DNA of 34,812 nt from Minisyncoccota bacterium (lineage in GTDB: Bacteria > Patescibacteriota > Microgenomatia > UBA1400 > PJMF01), in the NCBI GenBank assembly GCA_012799795.1, contig JAAZKO010000016.1, positions 1-34,812 on the forward strand. The letters run 5' to 3'. The notes beneath the pieces are model-generated. The model did not search any database. It worked only from the letters and a program-made list of their open reading frames with translations, and was not told the origin of the DNA. This document shows, in pieces, positions 17,343 through 25,920 of this stretch. How positions within the stretch are numbered: the stretch's first letter is position 1; each line of letters opens with the position of its first letter. The position numbers and the translations under genes were made by a program.

Positions 17343-18470
17343 TTAAAGAGAAAAATATTTTTTTAGATTTTGCCAAAATTCAGCAATTTTTTGCTCATTA
17401 TTTGTTAAAGAATTTTCTAAAATAAAAAGTTGACCGTGCTGGTGGTTAGTAATTGCCTGTTCAATTATTTTTTTCTTTTTAGCAAAATTATACTGACTTG
17501 CTAAGCGTCGCTTAATTTGATCTTTACTTAAGCCACGCTTTGTTAAACGTTCTTCTTGGGTTTTTTCATCAACATCTAACAAAATTAAATTATAATTGCT
17601 CAGATCCATCATTTTTGTTTCAGCCAAAAGGGCAGCGTTCAAAATGATCAAACCTTCTTTATTTTTCAATTCTTTACGCAACCTCACTAAAATTGGCGTA
17701 TACATAATTTCGTTTAATTTAGTCAGCTTTTTACTGTCAGCAAAAACAATTTCGCCTAAGGCTTTTCTATCTATACCTTTATTTTTACTTACCTCTTGAC
17801 CAAAATTTTTAATAATATCTCGTCTAACTAATTCATATTTTTCTTCACTTAAGTCTTCTTGAATTTGTTGGGCAATTAGATCTAATTCAATATTGTGAGC
17901 AAGAACATTATCTTTTTGCGCCAATTTAACTAATAATTCTCCAACATAACTCTTGCCACTGCCAATTTCCCCGGTTAAGCCAATGATGTATTGTTTTGAC
18001 AACTTTTTTTCTAAAGATTGTTTTACATAAGGACTAACATAATCATGAATTAGCCCCTGATCTTTTTGAATTTCTTTAACCGCACTTGAGCTAATATGAG
18101 ATAGTTCTGGTCTAGTAAATAATAAAAAAGTATCAATCCCTAAGCGCTGACTCTCACTTATTAGATGCGAATTGTGTTCGTACTCAAAATCTTGATTAGT
18201 TCTCACTCCCTTAATAATCACATTAACATTATTCTCATAAGCAAAATCAACCAATAGACCGGTAAACGAAGAAACTTTAACATTTTTTAGATTTGCCAAA
18301 CTGCGGCGGGCCATTTCTTCTCTTTCTTCTAGAGAAAATAGATAGTTTTTTAAGCGATTAATACCAATAGCGACGATTAATTGATCAAATGCCTTAGCAG
18401 CTCGTTTAATAATATCCAAATGTCCATGTGTAATTGGGTCGCCAGAAAGGGCATATAAGGCTCTTGTCAT
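17343..18470 (-). CDS. coaD/coaE: Bifunctional phosphopantetheine adenylyltransferase / dephospho-CoA kinase (CoaD-CoaE fusion)
   Basis: The N-terminal ~160 aa carry ALYALSGDPITHGHLDIIKRA (the T/HxGH motif) and ISSSAVKE of PPAT. From about residue 170, IIGLTGEIGSGKSYVG (P-loop) and ILLDVDEKTQEERL are typical of CoaE. I prefer the ATG at 18470 (MTRALYAL...) over the TTG at 18485. Confidence 0.85.
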   Translation of the reverse strand: MTRALYALSGDPITHGHLDIIKRAAKAFDQLIVAIGINRLKNYLFSLEEREEMARRSLANLKNVKVSSFTGLLVDFAYENNVNVIIKGVRTNQDFEYEHNSHLISESQRLGIDTFLLFTRPELSHISSSAVKEIQKDQGLIHDYVSPYVKQSLEKKLSKQYIIGLTGEIGSGKSYVGELLVKLAQKDNVLAHNIELDLIAQQIQEDLSEEKYELVRRDIIKNFGQEVSKNKGIDRKALGEIVFADSKKLTKLNEIMYTPILVRLRKELKNKEGLIILNAALLAETKMMDLSNYNLILLDVDEKTQEERLTKRGLSKDQIKRRLASQYNFAKKKKIIEQAITNHQHGQLFILENSLTNNEQKIAEFWQNLKKYFSL

Positions 18471-18477
18471 AAAGAAA

Positions 18478-20565
18478 TTATTCAATAACTATGCGTGCGT
18501 CAAGCACTTTTGCTCCTTGAGCAGTCAATAATAATGGATTAATATCTAATTCTTTAATTTCCGGAAAATCTGTCGCTAGTTGAGCTAAACGAGCAATCGC
18601 TTCTATTAAGCTTTCTTGATCAATAGCTTTTTGACCTCTAGCACCAGCAAAAATACTGCTAGATTTTAAGCCATTTACCATTTTCTTAATCTCCAAAAGA
18701 CTGAGTGGAGGAAAAGCAAAGGTTACATCTTTAAAAACTTCCACATAAATTCCTCCCAAACCAAACATTAACATGCTGCCTAAAGAATTTTTATTAATGC
18801 CCAAAATTGTTTCATGACCCTCAGGAGCCATTTCCATTAATAAAACACCCTCCAGCTTTGCTTGCGGCTTGTTTTTAGCAACTGTTTTCATCATTTCGCT
18901 AAATTTATTTTGAACATTGTCTGCTGTCACATTTAACATAACTCCGCCAACATCACTTTTGTGTAAAATGTCTGGTGAAACAATTTTCATTGCCACAGCG
19001 CAGTTGAATTCGTCGAGAATTTTTTTAGCTTCACTCGCTGATTTGGCCACAGCGCTTTTGAGTAAAGGAAAATTATATGCTTTTAAAATTTCCATAGCTT
19101 CTGCCTCAGGAAAACTGGTTTTTCCTTTTGCTTTGGCTTCTTGAAAAATTTTACTCACTTTCTCTCGATTAATGTCCTTGAAAACTAAAGGCTTACCTTC
19201 TTTGATTTTAGTCCATGCCACAAATTTAGCTAGCGCCCCCAAACCAAGCGCGGCTGATTCTGGAAAAGTTGTATTGGCAACTTTATTTTCTCTCAAAAGC
19301 TTTACTCCGCCTTCAACTAAATCGCGACCCATTAGTGATACAACAATGGCTTTATCAGTTTTTTTCCTTAAATTAATAACTGCCTTAGCAGTTTTAACTG
19401 GCTCGGTCATCGTTTGCGGGGTTAATAATAATAAAATAGCATCAGTGTTTTTATCATCAGAAATTACTTCTAGAGTCTTCTCATAAACTTCACCCACCGC
19501 ATCACCCAAAATATCAACTGGGTTGTGAGTGTTGGCCGCTGCTGGTAAAAATTCCTCTAACTTTTTAATCGTTTTGTTTTCTAATTTCGTCATTTCCAAA
19601 GCATTTTCTATTACCGCGTCCGTAGTTAAAACACCAGGACCACCAGCATTAGTAATTACTGTAACTGCTTTAATTTCTGTGAATGGATTAGCACTAAAAA
19701 CTGAGGCTAAATCAAACAATTCACTGACTGACTGAGCACGAATTATTCCTGCTTGATCAAAAAGCGCTTGATAAGCGTTGTCGCCACCACTTAAGGAACC
19801 AGTGTGCGAAGCAATTGCCCCCGCTCCCGCCTCAGTTTTTCCAGATTTAAGAATAATAATCGCTTTTGCCTCTTTACCCCGATTGAGTTTCTTTAAGGTT
19901 TTAATAATAGCTGGAGCGTTATCAAGAGCTTCCGCATATAAACAAATCACCTTTGTTTGGGGATCTTGATGCAAATATTTAATCAAGGCTAATTCGCCTA
20001 AAGCTGCCTTATTACCAATACTAATAAACTTTGAAAAACCCAAACCTAAATCTTTAGCATAATCTAAGACCGCTGTACACAAAGCTCCACTCTGAGACAC
20101 AAAAGCCACATTACCCACCTCAGGCATTATTGCAGCAAAAGAAGCATTCATTTTATGCTGAGCATTAATTACTCCCAAGCAATTTGGGCCAACTAAAATT
20201 ATCCCATGACGCTTGCAGGCTGCTGCTAATTCTTCTTCCAACTCTAAATTGCCAGCTTCTTTAAAACCAGCTGAAATAACAATCATGGCCTGTGCGCCTT
20301 TTTTAGCTGCTTCTTCAACCACCGAAGTAACAAATTTTGCAGGAATCGCTACCACCACCAAATCGATTTTTTGATCTAAATCTTTAATATCATGATAAAC
20401 TTTTAAACCGTAAAGCTGATCTATTTTAGGATTAATGGGATAAATTTTTCCAGCAAAACCCTGATTGACTAAATTCTTTACCACATCATTACCGACAGTT
20501 TTTTCACGACTGGAAGCGCCAATAACTGCAATCGCCTGAGGTTGAAAAAGAGCTTTAAAATTCAT
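18478..20565 (-). CDS. acd: Acetyl-CoA synthetase (ADP-forming), fused alpha-beta type (acetate--CoA ligase, NDP-forming)
   Basis: 695 aa. N-terminal CoA-binding IAVIGASSREKTVGN...IYPINPK, a succinyl-CoA-synthetase-like ligase domain (VSQSGALCTA, the phospho-His loop IASHTGSLSG), and a C-terminal ATP-grasp domain (VAMKIVSPDILHKSDVGGV). Confidence 0.88.
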   Translation of the reverse strand: MNFKALFQPQAIAVIGASSREKTVGNDVVKNLVNQGFAGKIYPINPKIDQLYGLKVYHDIKDLDQKIDLVVVAIPAKFVTSVVEEAAKKGAQAMIVISAGFKEAGNLELEEELAAACKRHGIILVGPNCLGVINAQHKMNASFAAIMPEVGNVAFVSQSGALCTAVLDYAKDLGLGFSKFISIGNKAALGELALIKYLHQDPQTKVICLYAEALDNAPAIIKTLKKLNRGKEAKAIIILKSGKTEAGAGAIASHTGSLSGGDNAYQALFDQAGIIRAQSVSELFDLASVFSANPFTEIKAVTVITNAGGPGVLTTDAVIENALEMTKLENKTIKKLEEFLPAAANTHNPVDILGDAVGEVYEKTLEVISDDKNTDAILLLLTPQTMTEPVKTAKAVINLRKKTDKAIVVSLMGRDLVEGGVKLLRENKVANTTFPESAALGLGALAKFVAWTKIKEGKPLVFKDINREKVSKIFQEAKAKGKTSFPEAEAMEILKAYNFPLLKSAVAKSASEAKKILDEFNCAVAMKIVSPDILHKSDVGGVMLNVTADNVQNKFSEMMKTVAKNKPQAKLEGVLLMEMAPEGHETILGINKNSLGSMLMFGLGGIYVEVFKDVTFAFPPLSLLEIKKMVNGLKSSSIFAGARGQKAIDQESLIEAIARLAQLATDFPEIKELDINPLLLTAQGAKVLDARIVIE

Positions 20566-20580
20566 AAATGCTTTCTGTTT

Positions 20581-21333
20581 TTAGTTCACTACCACTTTAT
20601 TTCCTAAATACTCAGTAAAAATATTTTTTGCTTTGGCTATTTCCTCTTTGCTGGGGGCTTTTGTGTCAGCTAAATAATATTCTCTTCCCAATTCCTTATA
20701 TTTGTGTTTGCCTAATTCGTGGTAGGGTAAGATCTCCACTTTACTAACAGTTTTAAAATGGGAAAAATATTTAGCCCAAGCAATTAAATGTTTTTCTTGA
20801 TCTGTCCAGCCTGGCACCAAAACGTAACGCAAGTGCATTTCCCGACCACTTTTCTCTCTGATTTTAGCATTTTCTAAAACTTTTGCATTACTTTGACCAA
20901 CTAGTTTGCGATGCCAATCAGCATCAATGTGTTTAACATCCAACAACAACAAATCGGTAAAACGATAAAGCTCCTCCACGGCCTTACTAACTATTGCTCC
21001 ACAACTATCTAAGCAGGTGTGAAAACCGCGTTCTTTAGCCTTTTTAAACAAAGACGTTAACACCTTAGCTTGTAAAGTGGGTTCCCCACCCGAAATTGTT
21101 AAACCACCCTGAGTACAATTTTTACCAAAATAAGGTTTTTCTCTTTCTAACAAATCGAGAATTTCAGCTATAGTCTTTGTTTTAGTTTGCTCAGTTTCTA
21201 AATCTTGGGTGTCGGGATTGTGACAATAAAGACAACGAAAAGGACAGCCTTGCGCAAAAATTACTAAGCGAATGCCTGGGCCATCATGTACCCCAAAAGT
21301 TTCAATTGAGTGAATTTTTAGAGTTTTAGCCAT
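20581..21333 (-). CDS. pflA: Pyruvate formate-lyase activating enzyme (radical SAM)
   Basis: HSIETFGVHDGPGIRLVIFAQGCPFRCLYCHNPD (the CxxxCxxC cluster) and GGLTISGGEP. The ATG at 21333 follows the pflB stop almost immediately. The 21363 start in the ORF track overlaps pflB. Confidence 0.9.
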   Translation of the reverse strand: MAKTLKIHSIETFGVHDGPGIRLVIFAQGCPFRCLYCHNPDTQDLETEQTKTKTIAEILDLLEREKPYFGKNCTQGGLTISGGEPTLQAKVLTSLFKKAKERGFHTCLDSCGAIVSKAVEELYRFTDLLLLDVKHIDADWHRKLVGQSNAKVLENAKIREKSGREMHLRYVLVPGWTDQEKHLIAWAKYFSHFKTVSKVEILPYHELGKHKYKELGREYYLADTKAPSKEEIAKAKNIFTEYLGNKVVVN

Positions 21334-21334
21334 C

Positions 21335-23557
21335 TTACATTGTCTTATGGAAAGTGCGAGCAATTACCTCTTCTTGAAGAGCTCTCGTTAATTTAATAAA
21401 ATTAACAGCATAGCCAGAAACACGAATGGTTAATTGAGGATATTTCTCAGGATGCTCCATTGCGTCTTCTAAAGTTTCTCGATTTAAAACATTAACATTG
21501 AGGTGGTGAGCTTCTTTATTAAAATAACCATCTAGCATTCCAACTAAGTTGCTAATTTGCTGTTTTCGTTCACTACCAAGTGCTTTAGGCACTATGGAAA
21601 AAGTATTAGAAATACCATCTCTAGCATCAGCGTAATCGATTTTAGCCACACTATTTAACGAAGCAATTGCCCCGGAATGGTCTCGGCCATGCATGGGATT
21701 GGCGCCTGGAGCAAAAGGTTCACCGGCCTTACGACCATCTGGTGTAGCTCCAGTTTTTTTACCATAAACAACATTTGAGGTAATGGTTAACACTGACAAA
21801 GTAGCAGTTGCATCTCGATAAATATGATTTTTAGCCAACTCCTCATTGAAGCGCTTTACCAAATCAACTGCCATCTCATCAACTCGATCATCATCGTTAC
21901 CAAACATTGGATATTCTCCTTCAACCTTGTAGTTGGTGGCTAAACCATCCTTATCTCTAACAGAGGTCACCTTAGCAAATTTAATTGCTGAAATAGAATC
22001 AGCCACAACACTTAATCCAGCCACACCAAAAGCCATATTTCGATGACAGTGGGTGTCCATAAGCGCTAATTGAGCTTTTTCATAATAATATTTATCATGC
22101 ATGTAATGAATAACATTCATGGTGTTAACATAAGCTTTGGCAAGATAGGACACTGTTTTTTTAAAACGCTTTTTAAACTCTTCATATTTAATCGGACCCG
22201 CTGGCAAAGGCTCAATGCCCGGAACAACTAATTCTCCACTAATTTCATCACGACCCTCATTAATAGCCATCAACATTGCTTTAGCTAAATTACAACGAGC
22301 TCCAAAAAATTGCATTTCTTTGCCGGTCTCCATCATTGACACACAGCAAGCAATACAATAATCATCACACTGGCCCTTTTCTCGCATTAAATCATCATTT
22401 TCATACTGAATTGAAGATGTGTCTATTGATACTTGAGCGCAAGACTTTTTCCAACCCTCTGGCAATTTCTCTGACCATAGAACAGTTAAGTTTGGTTCTG
22501 GAGCGGGTCCTAAATTATATAAACTTTGTAAAAATCTGAAGCTGGTTTTAGTAATTTTATGCTGACCATTGCTAAAAAATCCGCCTAAACATTCGGTTGT
22601 CCAGGTAGGATCGCCAGCAAAAAGTTGATTATAAACATCCATGCGTAAATGACGAATCAAGCGACATTGAATAATAAAATGGTCAACTAATTCTTGCGCT
22701 TCTTGCTCTGTGATTCTGCCCTCTAATAAATCACGTTCAATATAAATGTCAAAAAATGAGCTGACATTGCCTAAACTCATAGCTGCTCCGTCTTGTTCCT
22801 TAAGAGCCGCTAAAAAGCCAAACCAAGTCCACTGAATTGCTTCTTGTGCGCTTTCCGCAGGTTTAGAAATATCATAAGCATAAGTTTTGGCCATTATTTT
22901 CATAGCCTTAAGAGCTTTGATTTGTTCACTCACTTCTTCTCGTAATCTGATTAATTCATCAGTCATCACTCCCACTAAAGCTTCTTTGTCAGCTTTTTTA
23001 GCTTCAATTAGGCGATCAATTCCATAAAGAGCTACACGTCGATAATCTCCAATAATTCTGCCACGAGCATAATTGTCTGGCAAACCAGTTAAAATTCCAG
23101 TAGAACGTAAGAGTCTCATCTCTTTAGTATAAGCATCAAAAACTCCGTCGTTATGACTCTTACGATATTCATCAAAAATTTCTACTACTTTTTTGGAAAC
23201 TTTATAGCCGTTTTCTTCCGCAGCTGCCTCAACCACTCTAATTCCACCAAATGGTTTGATTGCTCTTTTCAATGGTTGATCGGTTTGATAACCAACAATT
23301 TTTTCTAGATCTTTATCTAAATATCCTGGTTTATGACTAGTAATAGTAGAAATAGTTTCAGTATCAATGTCTAAAATTCCTCCATTGGCCGTTTCTTCGC
23401 TCAAAAGTTTACTTGCTTTTTCCCATAATTTTTTAGTGTTCTCTGTTGGGCCCAACAAAAAACTCGCATCACCCTCATAGGGAGTCATATTTTGTAAGAT
23501 AAAATCTCTAGTATTAATTTGCTTTTGCCAAACACCACCTTTAAAATTTTTTGCCAT
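21335..23557 (-). CDS. pflB: Pyruvate formate-lyase (formate C-acetyltransferase)
   Basis: 740 aa. Active-site CIACCVSMM (the Cys-Cys pair) and the glycyl-radical motif [11 protein letters not shown] near the C-terminus. AAGGAT RBS upstream. Confidence 0.95.
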   Translation of the reverse strand: MAKNFKGGVWQKQINTRDFILQNMTPYEGDASFLLGPTENTKKLWEKASKLLSEETANGGILDIDTETISTITSHKPGYLDKDLEKIVGYQTDQPLKRAIKPFGGIRVVEAAAEENGYKVSKKVVEIFDEYRKSHNDGVFDAYTKEMRLLRSTGILTGLPDNYARGRIIGDYRRVALYGIDRLIEAKKADKEALVGVMTDELIRLREEVSEQIKALKAMKIMAKTYAYDISKPAESAQEAIQWTWFGFLAALKEQDGAAMSLGNVSSFFDIYIERDLLEGRITEQEAQELVDHFIIQCRLIRHLRMDVYNQLFAGDPTWTTECLGGFFSNGQHKITKTSFRFLQSLYNLGPAPEPNLTVLWSEKLPEGWKKSCAQVSIDTSSIQYENDDLMREKGQCDDYCIACCVSMMETGKEMQFFGARCNLAKAMLMAINEGRDEISGELVVPGIEPLPAGPIKYEEFKKRFKKTVSYLAKAYVNTMNVIHYMHDKYYYEKAQLALMDTHCHRNMAFGVAGLSVVADSISAIKFAKVTSVRDKDGLATNYKVEGEYPMFGNDDDRVDEMAVDLVKRFNEELAKNHIYRDATATLSVLTITSNVVYGKKTGATPDGRKAGEPFAPGANPMHGRDHSGAIASLNSVAKIDYADARDGISNTFSIVPKALGSERKQQISNLVGMLDGYFNKEAHHLNVNVLNRETLEDAMEHPEKYPQLTIRVSGYAVNFIKLTRALQEEVIARTFHKTM

Positions 23558-23636
23558 TTTATCCTTTTTTTAATGATTGTTAAATTTTAATTTATTCCAA
23601 ATAAAAAACAAGGTCCTTCAGACTTTGAACAAAGGT

Positions 23637-23665
23637 ATCATAATCAAAAACGCCGTTAAATACAA
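23637..23665 (-). promoter_or_regulatory. Candidate sigma70-type promoter for the pfl operon
   Basis: The minus strand reads TTGTAT-17 nt-TATGAT, about 80 nt upstream of the pflB ATG. The match is by eye in AT-rich DNA. Confidence 0.3.
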
Positions 23666-23720
23666 GCTTTTTTTCAGCAAAAACAGAGTGATATAATAAC
23701 AAAACATTAAAGGGCCTTAG

Positions 23721-23942
23721 TTAAGCAAACATAATCCATTCTGGTTTGAAAAACATCAATATCCCAATAATCAACATTATAATTCCTCCAATTAAACGTG
23801 AGTAACTAGCATATTTAGTATTTAGCGCTACTTGCTTCATAGTAATCATGGCAATAGCAAAAACCACCATGTCATCAAGCATAAACACCACAATATAAAT
23901 GAATAAGTAAAAATAATATTGCACAGTCGTTAAAGCACTCAT
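23721..23942 (-). CDS. C-terminal membrane segment of the glutaredoxin-fused DsbD-like protein, in frame with 23979-24998 across one TAG
   Basis: Two or three hydrophobic helices. Same reading frame as the upstream ORF (24998-23942 = 1056, a multiple of 3). There is no SD sequence before its ATG. It is probably not an independent gene. Confidence 0.55.
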   Translation of the reverse strand: MSALTTVQYYFYLFIYIVVFMLDDMVVFAIAMITMKQVALNTKYASYSRLIGGIIMLIIGILMFFKPEWIMFA

Positions 23943-23978
23943 GCTTAAGAGCTTGGTGTAAATAGCAGGTAAACCGGC

Positions 23979-24998
23979 CTAGCAAACTAACTCTAAAAGA
24001 TTAACACTAAAAGCCAAAAGAATGATGCCTAACAAAGACCACAGTAAATTTTTTCTATAAACTACTTCCTTCAAGCGAGCAAAAGTTTTTTGTTTATGGC
24101 CACCCAAGTCAACTTCGCAAGCTCCGTCCTTATTTTTAATAAAATCTTTTAAATAATGAGCGCCTACAAAAACGGCTAAAACAGCAATGGCTATCCTAAT
24201 CCAATTTACTAAACCTAAAAATAAAAAGAAATTTAACCAAGCATTCATAAATATAAAATAGACAAAGCCTGAAGTTAAAATAAAAACAGAGCCTAAAATC
24301 CACATTCGACGGCGATCATTCATCCCCATTAGTAGCGAAATTAAGAAAATCAAAACCCACATGGCACAAGGATTAAAACCATCTAAAAAAGCAATCATAA
24401 TAGTAATTAATGGTAAAGATACTTCTTTAAAATTAACTTTTCCAAATAGAGGTAAATCAATTTCTGTATTTTCTTTAATTTCTTTATTTTGCTCATTCTC
24501 CTCATCCAGCGCTTGTTCTGTTGAGGGCTGATTGGACTCAAGCTCTTCAAGCTTCAATTCTTTAATAATTGGAGTTAGTTTCTTGGCCCGAATAGTATCT
24601 GCCACTAAATCTGAGCCAACATTTTCCAAACTTAATAAACGATTAATTTCAGCAGGCGTGGTAGTAGAAAAACCAATAATTGCCTGATTATTAATTAAAA
24701 TAAAGGGCACTCCTTGTCCAGAAACATCCAAATCGTTAGCTAATAAAGTTAAGAGCTGAGAGTTGTGTTGGTGGGCAACTTCATATTGGTAAATACTTAG
24801 TGAGGGTCGTTCCTTTTTTAAATCTTTAAGAAAATTTTCTGCCTCACGACAATGGGGACATACTTTAGATGAAAAAATATGAATGCTTGTTTCTTGATCG
24901 CTAGCCGCTGCTTTAAAATCAAAAAAATTCACTAAAGAAAAGAGAAAAAAAATAAATAATGTTATCAAAACTAATGATTTTTTTAGGAGCTTTAACAT
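23979..24998 (-). CDS. Signal-anchored glutaredoxin/thioredoxin-like domain (CPHC) fused to a DsbD/CcdA-like thiol-transfer membrane domain; terminated by an in-frame TAG
   Basis: N-terminal hydrophobic anchor, a Grx-like SSKVCPHCREAENFL...GVPFILIN, an acidic linker, then the TM domain with LDGFNPCAMW. It ends ...NLLELVC-TAG. Confidence 0.7.
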   Translation of the reverse strand: MLKLLKKSLVLITLFIFFLFSLVNFFDFKAAASDQETSIHIFSSKVCPHCREAENFLKDLKKERPSLSIYQYEVAHQHNSQLLTLLANDLDVSGQGVPFILINNQAIIGFSTTTPAEINRLLSLENVGSDLVADTIRAKKLTPIIKELKLEELESNQPSTEQALDEENEQNKEIKENTEIDLPLFGKVNFKEVSLPLITIMIAFLDGFNPCAMWVLIFLISLLMGMNDRRRMWILGSVFILTSGFVYFIFMNAWLNFFLFLGLVNWIRIAIAVLAVFVGAHYLKDFIKNKDGACEVDLGGHKQKTFARLKEVVYRKNLLWSLLGIILLAFSVNLLELVC

Positions 24999-25045
24999 AA
25001 ACTAAGTAAAATTGATTTTACTGCTAAAAATTTTTGTCTGCAAGT

Positions 25046-25852
25046 TTAAAGTATTTTTAGTTCTAAAAAGCGTTGACGAGCAAATTGATCTTTAATAAAA
25101 TTAATTTCAAACAATTTTAGTAAAGAGGGATAATAATTTTTAAGAAATTGATAATCGTGACTATAATCTGTCTCAAATAATAATATTGCTTCCTTAGCCA
25201 AAAGGTTCTTATCTAATAATTGTGCTAAAGCTTTGGCTATTAATTCAAAACCAGTTTTGCCCCCATCCAAAGCAATAATGGGTTCAAAATCTTTGACACT
25301 TGAGCTTAACTTTTTAACTCGCGAGCTAGGAATATAAGGTAAATTAGCAAGTATTAAATTAAATTGGAAATTATTTTCTATTTTTTCTAATAAATTACTT
25401 TTTAAAAAATTCACTTTTACTCTGTCATTATTCAGTGATTTAAGTAGTAATTTTTGGTAATTGTTTTTTGCCAAAGATATGGCTTCAGCAGACAGATCAA
25501 TCAAATAAAAATCTAATTTTTTGTCAAGATAATTAAGTAAATGCAGCTGATTTATTAAAGCTAAAGCCACGGTTCCACTACCGGTACCTAAATCTAAAAC
25601 CTTAATATTTTTTTGCTGATTATTTTTTAAAGATTCTAAAGCATGATTAACTAATTCTTCAGTTTCTACTCTTGGAATCAAAACATTTTTATTAATTCTT
25701 AAAGTTAAACCTGCAAAATCAACCCAAGACGTAAAATATTCAACTGGCATTTCACCTTTTTTTAAAAACTCTTCTTCACTTAAATTATATTTAAGCAGCT
25801 GTTGTTTTTCATAAACAGATAAGTGTCTTTTTGACTTAAGATTATTGGACAT
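25046..25852 (-). CDS. prmC: Release-factor glutamine N5-methyltransferase (PrmC/HemK-like)
   Basis: VLIPRVETEELV, VLDLGTGSGTVALAL (SAM motif I), and motif IV as LANLPYIPS (NLPY instead of canonical NPPY). The N-terminal domain is short. Confidence 0.72.
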   Translation of the reverse strand: MSNNLKSKRHLSVYEKQQLLKYNLSEEEFLKKGEMPVEYFTSWVDFAGLTLRINKNVLIPRVETEELVNHALESLKNNQQKNIKVLDLGTGSGTVALALINQLHLLNYLDKKLDFYLIDLSAEAISLAKNNYQKLLLKSLNNDRVKVNFLKSNLLEKIENNFQFNLILANLPYIPSSRVKKLSSSVKDFEPIIALDGGKTGFELIAKALAQLLDKNLLAKEAILLFETDYSHDYQFLKNYYPSLLKLFEINFIKDQFARQRFLELKIL

Positions 25853-25920
25853 AAAAATTACTCAATAGCTTTCTAAAAAATTATGTTAGAATAAACGCTA
25901 TTATAGAGATGAAAGACTAA

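Noticed and set aside
18917-19969. Four plus-strand ORFs (18917-19144, 19172-19486, 19529-19735, 19778-19969) from the six-frame track.
   Set aside because: All lie antisense to the strongly supported acd gene. They have Ala/Ser/Leu-rich low-information translations, no RBS and no recognisable motifs. They are typical shadow ORFs of a relatively GC-richer gene.
23634-23647. A possible FNR/CRP-type site upstream of pflB. The minus strand reads TTGATTATGATACC, against the consensus TTGAT-N4-ATCAA.
   Set aside because: Only the left half-site matches. The right half (ATACC) matches 2 of 5, and it overlaps the candidate -10 hexamer. In AT-rich DNA this is within chance expectation.
23979-23981. 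The idea that TAG is reassigned as a sense codon genome-wide, or that the genome uses code 25 (UGA as Gly) as some CPR lineages do.
   Set aside because: TAG terminates trmD (2431), GT2::GtrA (7596-7598), the response regulator (13375) and recJ (26716) at positions that give normal full-length proteins. TGA likewise ends xth (17339-17341) and the mini-HK (13410-13412). No in-frame TGA is needed in any conserved gene. The internal TAG is therefore a local event.
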